From Basidiobolus meristosporus CBS 931.73 (lineage: Eukaryota > Fungi > Basidiobolomycota): a DNA stretch of 64,000 nucleotides. The position numbers and the translations under genes are program-made. The notes below the pieces were generated by a model. It did no database searches. It was not told where the DNA came from and worked only from the letters and a program-made list of their open reading frames with translations. The DNA lies in assembly GCA_002104905.1 (NCBI GenBank), contig MCFE01000054.1, forward strand, positions 131,627 through 195,626. Reading direction: 5' to 3'. How positions within the stretch are numbered: position 1 is the first letter of the stretch; each line of letters begins with the position of its first letter. Below, piece after piece: positions 40,091-54,108 of this stretch.

Positions 40091-42155
40091 ATGACAGCCT
40101 TCACTGGTCAGAAACGTAAAAAAGCAGTAGATTGGAATGCCTATTACAAGAACGGTTACCCTCAAGAAGTCATAGTAATAGAAGATTCTCCGCCTCCAGC
40201 TTTACCAAGTCTATTTCCTACAAATACAAACACCATCGACCTTTCCAATAGAGCTCAAGAACTCCAGTCTTCTTTGTTAGCCCAGAGCCTGCCCCATTCT
40301 ACTACCTCTAAGCGCCGTAAGAAAGACGTCCCTGCAAGCCAACTTAAGAACGCCTACAATAGCACAACCAATTCACTACAGCAGGATAAGGTAGGGAAAC
40401 GACCACTACTTTAGCGATTTTGTCTGCCAAGCATGTGATAGAACCAAAAGCCTTATCCAGATCGTCAAACCGAGAACTGACAGATTTTCATGATTTTATA
40501 GCTGCCTTCTTCTGTATCTACTAGCAACCAAAGTGGGCAGCAACCTCCATATGATGACAAAGAAGGCCATTACATTATTGTCGAAAACGAAGATCTGACT
40601 CCAAGATGTAAATTTGGTATATCCAAAACTTCTAAACTGGATAGGTAATAATCAAATCTTCGTTGCAGATAAAATCATGCAGCTTTTGGGCCAAGGAACA
40701 TTTGGCAAGGTTGCAGAATGTTGGGATAGAGTCAATCGCTCGTACTGTGCCATCAAAATCATCCGTGCTGTACAAAAGTATCGAGACGCTTCCAAAATTG
40801 AAATTCGTGTCCTCAAGACGCTCAGAGAGCGAGATCCTTTCAACCTTAAGTATGTCGCAACTAACTATGTTTTTCTTCTGGCTTGCGCTAACTATTCTTT
40901 ATTTTGTAGCAAATGTATTCATCTGAATGACTGCTTTAATTTTCGTAATCATATTTGTATGGTATTCGATCTGTTAAGCCAAAGTTTGTTCGACTTTTTG
41001 AAAGACAATATGTTTGCCGGCTTTCCACCTCACCATATTCAGCACTTTGCGAAGCAGTTGTTGACCAGTGTTGCTTGTAAGTGCTCTCTTTCTTCCCTAA
41101 TACTGCGATCACCGTTCTCATTTGGTACATTGTGAAGTTTTACATGACCTGCGCTTGACCCATACCGATCTGAAGCCTGAAAATATTTTGCTGGTCAATA
41201 ATGACAGCAGGATAGTTCCGTCCACCGTAAGAAGCTCATGTTCAGCTCTAGCCGTTGCATCCTTCGTACTCATATTCGTTTTGTAGCGACACAACAACAA
41301 GAACATGAAGGTGTTATTGGACTCGGAAATTCGACTTATCGATTTTGGTAGTGCAACCTTCGAGGCGGAGTATCACAGTTCAGTTGTTTCCACAAGGCAT
41401 TACAGAGCCCCAGAGATCATTCTAGGTATGACGGATACTCTTGGGCGCCAGCTGGGGCACTTTTATGTTGACAGTCTTTTTGATTTCTTCAGGTACCGGA
41501 TGGTCTTATCCTTGCGATATGTGGTCAATTGGATGTATTCTAGTTGAACTGTTTACTGGTGATGCGCTATTCCAAACGCACGATGACCTTGAGCACTTGG
41601 CTATGATGGAGATTGTTGTAGGAAAAGTACCGGATCGTATAGTTAGGGGCCTAGGGTAAGCAATCCACAGTGCTTGTCACAATCGGCTGCACAGTCTATT
41701 TAGTATGTAGCATGCACGGATGCTGATCCAACTTGCCATTCACAGTCGTAATACCCAGAAATATTTCAAGAATAGTCGACTGAATTATCCCAACCAAGAC
41801 ACAAATCGTACTAGCCAGAAGTACGTCAAAAACATGAAACCTATAGAGGTGGAGATAGTCATTCTTGATTAACCAAAGCCCTTACTCATTAACCATTTGA
41901 TTTCAGTCTATCATTCCTCCCTTAACTAATTGTAATGCCTACCTCCTGGACCTTGTTAAAAAAATGCTCACCTACGATACCGCCCAACGCATCACTGCAC
42001 GAGAGGCCTTGAATCATCCTTATTTCTCGATTCAATTCGACGATAGAGGCGAGGAAATTGTGCCTTCATCGCATTATTCCACACTAGATTATCCGTCGCG
42101 GGTCAACAGACTTACGAGTGGATGGCCAACCAATACAAACTATGATATTCGGTAA
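40091..42155 (+). CDS. LAMMER/CLK dual-specificity protein kinase (Lkh1/Kns1-like), multi-exon
   Basis: [56 protein letters not shown] and the signature EHLAMME. The 3' end is approximate because another intron may start at 42152. Confidence 0.93.
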
Positions 42156-43068
42156 GTGCTCGGAAGTAGTGCATGCCGTTTAGTGCGCATTCATGATGTA
42201 TACCTATCTAACGGTACGACTCTTCTCATAGCTGCACTGGACAACCAAATTGGGCATATCAGTACTAGAACATCGGCGATATGTCCTATGCGGTATCGTT
42301 GTCGTCTACCAAGGACTTATATAAGTTCCAAAGCATATTCTCTTTTGTATTTTCCCAACCAAGGTAGCCCTAGATGCGCCACCATCCTCCTTGAATCTGC
42401 GAAGACTCCTGGATTATCTTTTGAATCTCAACGCTGATTGTCCTTCACTGCAATACGGTTTGCCGCGTTGAATACAAAAGGCATAAAAATAGGATTTTCA
42501 GTGATTCATTTCGCGATGGCACCTTCCCTCCGCTTTTTTTAGAATGAGTACTTGTCACTCGACTTTTGGATTGTACAGACCCTATTTCTACTACTTCACC
42601 AGGCTGCTCACCATCATATTGGTCAATATCAAACCTATACTTCAGCCTGCATCTGAGCATTTACATCATGCCCATACGTGCGCCATAGCTTGATTCACTC
42701 TTACTTCTTGTCTCGATCTGTGCTCAACTAGTATCAAACAGCCAAATAAAGGCGCCTTTTATTGCTGAGACAAATGCGTAATCTCAACGAGAATCATGCT
42801 TGGCTAAGCTAAGTTTTAATGAGCTTCCGATTGACTCTCTAACACCCATTGGAAGCTCACACACGATGTTGGTGAAACCGATATCGCAATGCCGATATTG
42901 CCTGACCAATTCTATCGACTTTCAGGGATCAAAATCACCGGAATCCCAGAATCGTAACCAACCGAGTCCGTTTTACCAAAGTTTTTCATTGCAAATAGAA
43001 AATCTTGATGTGATATAAATTCGGTAGGCCGAGTGACACTGAGGGTTTCTGGATTACCAAACAAAACG

Positions 43069-44610
43069 ATGGCAATCTGTAAATTCTTTCTCCAAGGGCG
43101 ATGCGCTTTTGGTGCATCCTGCAGAAATGAACATCGTCGACCAAACGATAACAACTCGAACTCAGCAACAAGTAAGAACCTTCCGAATATTTTTGAACAG
43201 TCCATTCGAATTCAACTTGCTCTCTATCACTAGCGGGTTTCGGTGCAAAGACGGGGTGGAAAAGTAACAGCAACGACGGCTTCTACAATAAGAACAAAAC
43301 CACCAACAGCTCCTCAGGTGAAGTCATCACGTTAGTATATTTCGCAGCCCTTTCTGATTTGTGACCGTTGGAGCTAACTCTCTCGATCTAGTACACAAAG
43401 CGTGTTGGAAGATCTCAGTGATGGACAGAAACCTATGTGGCCATTTTCTGTTTACTCTCCATTGAAATCCGGACCCAACATGATCACCGGGACTGATCTA
43501 TCGTTCGAAGAAGCACGCCTACAATTTTATACCGAAATGAAATCGATGGGCAATGCTAATCAATATGTAAGTTGGATCTCCAAGATTGAGTCGCTCGAAT
43601 TGTTTTGCTCAATAGAACTTGACCGTTTTTAGATCGCGCAAATCAACAGCATGCAGCAAAACATCACCTCCCAAATCAACAACATCAAAGGGAATCCTCG
43701 CGCTGCTATTGATCGTGTCAAGAATAACACTTCCGGCTCGGCTTTCGGCAACACTGGCTCATCCGCGGGAGGAGCATTCGGCAGTGGAACAACAGGGGGT
43801 GCGTTTGGCAGTACGGGAGGCGCATTCGGCAGTGGAAACACTGGCGGAGCGTTTGGTAGTGGAAGTGCTGGCGGAGCGTTTGGTAGTGGAAACACAGGAG
43901 GAGCATTTAGTAGCGGAAGCACAGGAGGAGCGTTCGGCAGCGGAAATACCGGAGGAGCGTTTGGTAGCGGAAGCACAAGAGGGACATTCGGCAGTGGGGC
44001 TACGGGTGGAGCATTCGGAAGTACAGGTACAGTAAGTGCGTTCGGTGCCGGTGGTTCGGGCTTTGGCACAAATCAACAACCCAGTGCGAATGCCTTCGGC
44101 AATACTGTCAGTGGGTTTGGTAACAACACTCCAGCAGTGTCGGCTTTTGGAAATCAAGCTGGTTCATTCGGTACTGCGGCCAACCAAACACCGGCTTTTG
44201 GACAAACTGGGTTTGGCAATTCGCAGAGCACCACAACAGCCTTTGGACAAACCACAGCTTTTGGGCAACAACAGACGACACCAAATGCTAGTCCATTTGG
44301 AAATAACGCCGGTGGAGCCTTTGGCCAGAACAGTAGTGGAACTCAGTCAGCATTTGGTAACTCTACTGGTCAAACAACAGGCTTCTTTGCAAGTGTCAAC
44401 TCAGCACCGCCAACATCCTTCTTTGGATCGCAGGCCGGACAAACCAATGGTTTTGGCCAAGGAGGTAACCAGAATCTTGGAAATGTCGGTGCATCCAATA
44501 CTCCTATCAGTTCACTACAACCTCAAGAACTCGAAGCCTTTCAGGCACCCCAGTTCCAATATCAGCATGTGCCTGAGGTAGATCCGCCAGTGGAACTCCG
44601 GACCGCTTGA
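43069..44610 (+). CDS. NUP42: CCCH zinc-finger FG-nucleoporin (Nup42/Amo1/NUPL2-like)
   Basis: N-terminal CKFFLQGRCAFGASCRNEH; central DLSDGQKPMWPFSVY...DLSFEEARLQFY; long AFG repeat region; C-terminal FQYQHVPEVDPP; three GT-AG introns. Confidence 0.85.
43760..44030 (+). repeat. Coding minisatellite, mostly 27-bp units encoding GGAFGSG(N/S)T
   Basis: About 9-10 tandem units with synonymous variation, inside the nucleoporin. Confidence 0.85.
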
Positions 44611-47600
44611 TGAATCACCTACCAACTACAGATTACCACTGATGATATCAATGTCGCACCCAAAGAACAGTGATAGTATTCATGTTGAAATGATTCACTG
44701 ATGTAAATATCAATGACGGTATGGTTACAGAACAATCTATCTAGAAGTACAATGGCAGCTTTATCAATAATAAATATATGGCTACAATCAACCACCCACC
44801 CATAGTTGCGTACACAACTCCAATATGTTGAAACCAAGCATTTTTAGATATGGTGCGGATTTATAACTGTCATATCAGAGCATCTTCATCTAATCACCCA
44901 TTGTATTGCTAGCAGGTGAGGCTTCGATCTAATAGGCCCTTGCAGTAGATCTCATCTAACAAAATCCTTGCGAACATCCTTTCATTCAAGGCAATAGACT
45001 CTAGCTAACTTAAAGTCTACTGCTGTGCACAAAACCCATGTTTATTTGGTGATCCCAGTAACCATGGATACCAGCATCGTTTGTAATGGACGGATCCTTG
45101 AAAAAGGAAATTAGGCAGAGCCGTGGGGATATGACCATGTATCACAGATGCTCTCTACTTCCGCTGGGGTAGTTATTATTGTTGGTATGGAAATAGTTAT
45201 AAACAGACTGTTGATGAATCCAATCCCTTGTGTGTCGCCGTGGCAATCGCGGGAAGAGGAAGGGATGCTCTATACAAGATGTATGCATGTTTTCGAACCA
45301 CTGCCTGGACACGGTCACATCGAAGCTATGCAAGCTTTGAAATGCATCCGAACATATCAGCGATATCTCAGATTACATAAACACACCCAATCTGACAATA
45401 CCGAAAAAGGCCCTGTCACTTACCATGACACACTGCCTGCGGAGCCGAAGCCCCAGAGGTAACATGAAGCGAGGAATATAGTAAATCTCATTTTACTTGA
45501 TGCTTCATCGAAGATGCCGAAGAGCACAGGAGCTTTCGCCAGCCAGAAGATCAAAATCTAATAAGAGAATATGGAATAGCTGAGATTCATTCCCAGCAAA
45601 CTTTTCCCCATCTAACCGATAATCAAGTCGCCACAAGATGTATCTACCACCATCCATGACACACCGCTTACGTTACATTGATGCTGACACACATCCAAAC
45701 CAAACCACAAATTAGTCATATCGAGTTGACTGAAGTCTTCTCCTCCAGGCTCCGCAACGTGTGAAGTCCACGCAGTTGTGAAAGTAATGTAGGACAGACC
45801 TTTGGGTTGTCGTCAGTAAACAGCTTGCACACTGCTTGTACAAAAAAGCGAGGTTCACAAACAAATTAGTGAGTTACGCTCGGTTTTCGTTAACTGTACC
45901 ACCAAACCTCCCAGCCACGACAGAAGTCCTTGACAAAATGTCTGAGCCCTCCATTTAATCTATCTTGGATCATCGGGATCTGGATATGATGGTGGTCTTC
46001 AAATATATACGCTTCGATCGAGCATGAATGGATAACGGCTGATCTGATGTTTTTGATGATAACTCAGGGTTTAATTCAGAAGGTCGATTGAGTTACGTTC
46101 CTCAATGGGCAAGATCACTAGAAACACAGACGTATCGGGTGTATAGACCAATGTATACTCCCTATGAGCTCAGATGTTTAAGCATACTCCTTGTAATTTG
46201 TGAGAATAGATCCACCTAGTAGGGAGATTGCGGCAGAGCTCCATTGCTGCTGGAGAATCCACCGGCTTTTCTAAGCTATATCAAAGAATGAACCTTTTTC
46301 CAAACCAATCGTGACAACGTTCCTCAACAGTGGGCCAGAGGCAGAGTGGTTGGAGTTTACACTTGAATGCTTGGTTGTTATACATTGGCCCGAAAGATTC
46401 AGAAACAGTATTGGATCATTTCTCAATGGAGGTTATATACATTCACAGGCCAAGTATATGATCCGAAGACATGTACTTGACTATCATGCGCACCATCTGC
46501 AGCGCGAGGCCCCTGACCGTACATTAGGGCAGTGGATATCTAATATACTGATAGGATGGGTGGTGTGATTTTAAGATGTGCCCGAAGTGCCTGGTTTTGT
46601 GTGAAGTGTCCGAAGTATGTGGATATTAAAGGTTCTGATTGCAAACATAACCCAAATAACCTTTGTATCGATCAGATGAACCTGTTGAGTGTCTCCCTGC
46701 TCACACTGTCAAATGCAGATGGGTTATTGTTTACCCAAAAAGACAACTGGGTCCAATTAGGTGCAGTGGCCTTTTTGTTTGATTTCTGCTTTCTGATGAT
46801 AATCATCTGCGTATTTACAAGGATTGAAATAACAACTTACGAGTGAATGACGACCAATAGGTGGCCTGAGATCTTCTTAGTTATCTTCGGAATCCCGGAT
46901 ATAGATGAAACGAGCACCGCTCTGTTTCTTTTAGCATCTCAGGTAGCTCAGGCTAAATTTTCCAACAACAGTTCCCTCGTGTGAGGGTCTAGAAGAGTTT
47001 CTTTTTGCCTCGAGAGGCTTTCTTGTTGGTGTGTACATGTGCCATGGAAAATCAGGTCAGCTGTGGGCCAGAATAGCATGTGGTGACACTGAGAACATGT
47101 TATCACCTGTCCTAAACAAGCTCTGCGCTCATTCCTGGAATCCTACGCACATCTTTGTATACCTTTCGAACATTCTTTTCGGCGAGCTCATTTTTACCTG
47201 CATAAAGTTATGCCATTATACTCGAATGTGTTTGCTGGTGTAAGAAAGCACCAACATAAGGACAAACTGCTCAGAGTACCTGCAAAGGTAGCACACACTG
47301 AATAACAACATTGTCGGATAATCCATGCGACCACAGGCCACAACCCGAGCACCGCAAAGCCGACTAGAATAGTCGATAATCTCATTACTCTTGTCCTATA
47401 AGTATCATACACATGGTTGCACACATATTTTACAAAGTCTGTTCAGTTGTATACGCAACGTGTAGGATCGCCTTGAGAAAGTATCGCGATAAGAGTTTGA
47501 TCTATTATGAGAATTTCTGATTTAAAGGGCAAAACCACTTCATGTAGGACTTTCTGCTCCAGCAAAAAGATAGCTGGAAATATCACTCGAATGGACAGAT

Positions 47601-48576
47601 AGCCTATTTCGCAGGCTAATTCTGTTATGTTCGACTCTGTCTAGCAGCTCTTCGAACAGTCGGCACATGGATGTACGTTATGGTTAAAACAAGCAGTTCT
47701 ATATCTTGTCCATTTAACTGAAATGGATTGGTCTCTTAGATAAACCCTTATTCCGTGCTGTTATCTTATCACTCATTTGATTTATTTATTGCAAATAAAA
47801 TCCACTGTAATTTGGAATGTGAGAAAAACCTAGTGATACTAGGGAACATGGGGCCGGCGATTCAACTGACTCAAAACCCACATAATATACTATATATTAG
47901 GCACAACTCTGGTGATTAGAGCAGTGGTTTGGCCAAATTACAAAACAGGCCAACCAGGGGTCGAGAGGGAGATGTTTCCAAATTTGGTTTTTGGGAGGGC
48001 AAACTTTATTTATGCCAAAAGAGTTTAAATGTTACTACAGGAATATGAAGCGTATTGTACTGATTTGATTTTGAACAGTAGAACCCATTCATTGCAACGG
48101 ATCATCTGGATCTAATTTCCACATTGAGCATTAGTCAGTAACTTGGGACGCTACTCACTAGGTTTCATGCATCTGAATTTCTCATTTAAGCCCAGCCTCC
48201 TCAACATTGTCCTTCTCGTTAACTTTCCATTCTTCTACAACTATCTCCCGAGATTACGGGATTTGTTCGTGTTTGTCCCTTTATATATACGCTGCTTTGA
48301 CTCTCTCAAGCGTGTATTGGATCTTTGAGTCTTTGCAATTATTCTTTGTTAGTCGGTGTACAGTGACTTGCTTGGCCATTACATTTCCACCAGGTGTTTT
48401 TATATTTGCCGAGGTATGTATCACTCTATTGTAGCTTAGCCTTGTCTTGTTTAGCACCCGATACTTTGCCGTAGAGCCTATACTTCAATCTTTGCATGCT
48501 TCCTTGTCAACTTCCGGACTTTCTTTAACTCTTTCCACGCCATGCTAGCCAATTTCTTCGCTTTTCTCCTCTGATC

Positions 48577-49906
48577 ATGGGTTGCTGTGTTAGTCATGAC
48601 GACTTGGAAGGAAGACGTAAGAACGACGAAATCGAAAACCAACTGAAAAAGGATCGTGTAACTCAGAAGAATGAGGTTAAGATGCTGCTCTTAGGTACCT
48701 GCCAAATGGGATCGATTTTGCAGAACTGGGCAATGAATTAAACATCTCGTTGTTTAGGTGCTGGAGAGTCGGGGAAAAGTACAGTCCTGAAGCAAATGAA
48801 ACTAATTCATGAGGGAGGGTACAGTGTTGATGAAAGGGAGTCCTACAAGGAGATAGTCTACTCTAATGCCATACAGTCTATGAGAGTAATCTTGGACGCG
48901 ATGTCAAAAATGGGCATTTCTTTAGCCGACGAAAAGAATGCCCTACACGCAAATGTGATACTTGAGCTTCCACCTCAGATTGAGGGTGATACCCTAGCAT
49001 CGGAGGTTGCCGATGCAATCAAGGCGCTATGGAAAGATGGCGGTGTTCAGGAATGCTTCAGTAGATCCAGAGAATACCAACTCAATGATTCGGCCAAATA
49101 GTAAGTATCAGTGTTCCACTGATCTCAGTGTGCTATCTGATCTAAATATTAATGTACACCATTTTATTTGAAGCTATTTTGACTCTATAGACCGTATCTC
49201 TCATATTGACTACATCCCGACTGACCAGGATGTTTTACGTTCCCGCGTAAAAACCACCGGGATCACTGAAACAACATTCCGCATTGGGGAACTCACGTAC
49301 CGCATGTTGGATGTGGGTGGTCAACGATCCGAGCGTAAGAAATGGATACATTGCTTTGAGAATGTCACCGCCATTGTGTTCATGGTGGCCATTAGCGAGT
49401 ATGATCAGACTCTGATTGAAGATGAATCAGTGGTAATTTCCCTTTGTAGAGCCGAACTCATCCCAACCGTTGATTGATAACTATTTCCAACACCCCAAAT
49501 AGAATCGCATGCAAGAGGCACTGACCCTGTTTGATTCAATTTGCAATTCCCGGTGGTTTGTCAAGACATCGATTATCCTTTTCTTGAATAAGATCGATAT
49601 ATTCAAAGAGAAGCTCAAAGTCTCCCAGATCAGTAAATACTTTCCCGACTACCAAGGTAAGCATCGCAGAACACATGGGCTCTTGCCTACGTATTGACCA
49701 TCCAGGATTACATTCAAGGTGGAAGTAACTATGAGTTGGCTTGTCGGTATATCATGGAGCGCTTTGTTGCCCTGAACCACTCAGATAACAAGCAGATCTA
49801 TACCCATTTCACCTGTGCCACCGATACTGATCAAATCAAATTTGTCATGGCTGCCGTGAACGATATCATTATCCAGGCCAACTTGCGAGACTGTGGTCTC
49901 TTATAA
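48577..49906 (+). CDS. Heterotrimeric G-protein alpha subunit (fungal group I / Gi-like)
   Basis: MGCC N-terminal lipidation motif; [46 protein letters not shown] and TCATDT; C-terminal LRDCGLL; four GT-AG introns. Confidence 0.95.
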
Positions 49907-51583
49907 ATCAATGAGCCTGCGGTCTTTACATAGCCGAGTTCACTCATGGATTTGTTCCTTACACCTTTCCTTACACTTCATTTAATTTAAACCAGCACGT
50001 GATTCAGCCACCCACCTTTCTCGTGATTTGATTGAATACTTTGTAGTTACTTCACCAACCACTTTTGCTATGCATAGCTTTATCTGAGCAGTTTCTTCTA
50101 TGTTTTGATAACTTCCCTACCCTGAGCCCATACAGTACAGCAACCTCCACCGGATTCTACTCGCCTTTCACATAATTAATCATGAGTTGCAGCTTAACAT
50201 ACTACCGAACGATGTTTCATTATAAACTCGATATCGAAATTATATCCTGGTGCGAAGTTTCTAGGATACACCAATTGGATTCCGAAGGCCGCAAATACCA
50301 TCGCACCTGTTAGCAAAAAACTGTAAAGGGCATTGAGCAAAAAGTGGCCGATACTCAATGCCACAACGGGTATGTGGCTGCCTGAGTAACGGTATCCCAG
50401 TATCATAAATCCATATTGTGTTCTAATTTAACCTCAAGCGATCAAATTTGTTGGAACACAGATTTGATGTGGTAAAGAAACCCTAGCTACTGGACTGCGA
50501 TTTGTTGGAACTCCATGACTCGGAATCACTTGTTTGACCATCGTGATGTGTTGCATGTCCCGTTCGTAGTACAACCATTATTTTGTTGGGGGCTTATAGG
50601 CTTTGGGTGTGTATCCATAGTAAGCATATATGGCAATGGCTTTGTTGATGATCTGATACCAAAGACCACGCCTTCGATTATAGGCTAACCTGAGGCATGT
50701 CAGATGGTGGTCTCACTTCTGATAGGCAGCACATTGAAAGATGCTGCTCCTGACAATAATAGGCTTTGGTATTAGTCTTAATGAGCCAGTACACGTTAAA
50801 CAGACCTTAGCAATAATGTGCCACGCTAGCCAATAACCAGCCAAAAAGTGATTGGGACTTGATGCAGCCCTACCAACTGCGTATCACCCTGATTCGGAAA
50901 TTCGGCAATTCGGTCTAATCAAGGGCACAGTGTTGGAATCGGTCCATGCTCATCATTTACATTCTCCACGGCCCGGCTATCAATAAGCATCACACCTAAT
51001 CTAGTTGCAGATTTATGCTCGAAATTGTTCCGTAAATTCGAGTGCAAATGAGTATACTTCTAGGTGAAGCATGCCATAGCATTGGGCCGGTTGTGGATTG
51101 GCAATCGAGGAGCCTGTTTCCTTAAAATTAGAATGTAAGAGGTCATTAATGCTGATATATATGCACTCTAGGTGGCAGTTGATATACTTCTACCCCTAAT
51201 GCGTCTAAGGAGTACCTATATTTTTGGCGCAAGAACGGCCCTAATTTATTCAAGCACAGCAAAATATCGCGATTGATGATTAAAATATCATACTCAATAA
51301 GGAGGGTGATGAATTGGGCCCAAATATATTATGCACTTCATTTCAAATGAGCTAGGTTCCAAGATTGGAAGCTTGGCTGTTATCCCCCTTAAAGTGTTTA
51401 TTAAGAAATCCGCGTGGGCTAAGTTGTGAAAAGACTGAAGCTTGAGCAAGTGGGCTATTCTATCCTGTTCTCATATCTTCCAACACTTTCTTGCCTACTA
51501 AAATTATATACATATTGTCTACCAAACTTCGCCACTGTCTTTATCGTTTTAGAACATACACGTCGGGACAACTTGCTGACTAA

Positions 51584-52955
51584 ATGGAGACTCAACAAGA
51601 GCCTAAGTACATGTATGAGATTTACCCTGGAAAGAGTCGCCCTCTTTTCTGGGGGCGTATTGTTACTGGGAAAGACCATTGGGCATTTGGCGTCACCTTG
51701 TTATTACTAAACGCTCCTATCGTACTCTTTTCTATCTTTGTGTAAGTACATGCTACTCCTTGAGGCACATTTACCGTATGCTTTGAGCGCTAAATGCCAT
51801 ATTCCTTTAGCTGCCCTTATTTGTATATAAATATCAGCCCAGCCTTAATATACATATTCGCCTATATATACCTAATATGTGTCCTCTCCATGTTTAAAAC
51901 ATCCTGGACAGATCCCGGTGTAAGTATTTCCTTTTCTACAGTACATGCTGAAATCTTTTTCTCACTGTTTGATTTTCTCCCTTAAGATTCTGCCCCGCAA
52001 TTTGGACCCAACCCCTCCGGTGGAGACTGATAGACAGGCTCATTCCTCGGAGGAGGAGGAGAATGGTAATCAGTACACGTATCAGCCGTCATTCCCAATA
52101 CCGCGCGATGTACGAGTAAATGGGATTATCACCAAGTTGAAGTATTGTGATACTTGTCGTATCTACCGACCACCACGGTGCAGCCATTGTCGACAGTGTG
52201 ATAACTGTGTTGGTAGGGTCGTTGATGCCTCTCGATTTTCTCACGCCCATTAACGCGTCAACATATTTCCAGAAAACGAAGACCACCATTGTATCTGGCT
52301 CAATAATTGCGTCGGGCGTAGAAATTATCGCTACTTTTTTGCATTTATATTCACCGCTACTTTGCTGTGTTTTTATGTGTTTAGCTTCAGCCTTGCACAT
52401 CTGATATTGTACATGAAATCCCAGCGAGACTCCCTTGGGTTCGATTTCTCATTCCTGGATAGTATACTAGCTAATCCCGTCAGATATCCTTTGATCCAAT
52501 ATGCTGCATCCATTATTACGTTTACTGAGATGAGGCGTGATATCCTTAACAGTTCTCACTCTAGTTCTTGTTATTTATACGTTCGTTTTTGAGTGGTCAC
52601 TAGGTGGGTTGACGGTGTATCATCTCTATTTGGTATCCAAGAATATGACTACCCATGAGCAGGTAAGTCCACGATAACGTAAAGCCATTTTTAAATTGTC
52701 CTGCTAACAAGTTCTCCCAGATCCGCTCTGCTGTAAGTACGCGGGAGACTATCAACCCATTTGATTTTGGAAGCGTGTGGACAAATTGTTATCACTTCAT
52801 CTCTCGTCCTAGACCTAGAAGGTATAGTACATTCAAGTCAAGGAGCAATGGCACAATTCTCAATTAATGGTGTATCTAGTCATATCGATTGGACTGGGAT
52901 CATTCCTGTAGATGAGGATGAGGTCGTTCCAATCAATCCTAATCGTGCAGTGTAG
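51584..52955 (+). CDS. ERF2: DHHC palmitoyltransferase (Erf2/ZDHHC9-like), multi-exon
   Basis: TSWTDPG-ILPRN; [46 protein letters not shown]; [19 protein letters not shown]; NPFD. Confidence 0.92.
52484..52559 (+). other. U12-type (minor spliceosome) AT-AC intron
   Basis: 5' splice site ATATCCTTTG; branch motif TCCTTAAC at 52543-52550; 3' AC at 52558-52559. Removing the 76 nt joins AG+T and restores the frame [12 protein letters not shown]. Confidence 0.88.
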
Positions 52956-53040
52956 CCAACCCATCTGCATGCATCTCCCAAGGGTTAGATCTGCCTGTAC
53001 ACCACTTTAGTTATACCTGGCTGTTGTTGATGCTTTCGTC

Positions 53041-53065
53041 ATATATATATATATATACATATATA
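53041..53065. repeat. (AT)n microsatellite
   Basis: ATATATATATATATATACATATATA downstream of the DHHC gene. Confidence 0.8.
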
Positions 53066-54108
53066 AGAGTAACTAATTTCGATCACTCGGTTCATTACGC
53101 GACTAGTGTGATATGTCTTTAGCAAATACATATTTCAATTGTTCTTCTTCCAGGCAATAAACACCCAGTATAGTCCATTGAATATAGAATACCAAGAATT
53201 ATTCCTACCATGCTATTTAACAAAGTAGTAAATGCATATGAGGATAATGAGATGCGGTTCTTGCTCTTTCATTATACACCTTTAGCAACGTAAGGCACGT
53301 GATCGCATGCCGTTTCTATTTTAAATTATATGAGCTGGGATCCCGATGTCTAGTCTTTTGGAAGGGATGTTTCGCCAAGCCTTACGAATTAATCCATACT
53401 CTTTGATGGGACCTTGACACAAATACATGGGTGGAGTAGTAAGCCATAGAGCCTTGATTATAATTCCATCGTTGCTGCGCCGTGGGATCATGGGCTGAGC
53501 ATCCTCCTCTGGCGGATATTATTAGGATTAAACACGCGCCATGTACTAAAAATAGAAATCAATAGTCAGGTATGTAGGTTAGTCAAGGTGAGCTGATGCC
53601 CATTTTTAGTATGAGTCAGTTTGTACATTTCGATCGAAGATCAAGCATTGAATCCGCAGACTTGCGATATGTGACAAAGGAAAAAGACTCGTTGTCAGGA
53701 GGATGTTGCTTTGGTCTTTGTTGGCAGATCATACGAAATCCGATAGCATTGGATTTGATTTACCCAGTGCAGGATTTCTAACGCCGTTTGGCTGATTTCA
53801 TATCTCATAGCTGGGATTTCTAAATTTCACGATACAAGGTCTCAATGTTTGTTTGGCTATGTAACAACTACGGTTACGTATTAGAAAAGTGCCCGAGTAA
53901 AAAAACCTAGGCTTGGCTTGGAATTGCCTTATCGTTCTTACCCTAAATTGGAATTCACCCCAGATAGTCTTTGTCCTATCTAGTTGTACCAATTAAGTGT
54001 GCTGACACTCGATTCCGGCTATTATTAAGAATTCTTATCTTATATAAGGACTCCAAGTCGAAGGATTCCCTCACCTCAAGTCAATCCACACCTCTCTACA
54101 CTCCAAAT

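Noticed and set aside
43629-44157. Antisense and alternative-frame ORFs over the nucleoporin repeats (e.g. 43629-44069 minus, PNAPP repeats)
   Set aside because: Shadows of the GGAFGSG coding minisatellite; the + strand FG-nucleoporin explains them.
45148-46568. ORFs at 45148-45462 and 46311-46568
   Set aside because: No recognisable homology or convincing splice structure.
50194-50700. Hydrophobic minus-strand ORF fragment between the G-alpha and DHHC genes
   Set aside because: Could be a membrane-protein relic, but it is interrupted by stops and unidentifiable by eye.
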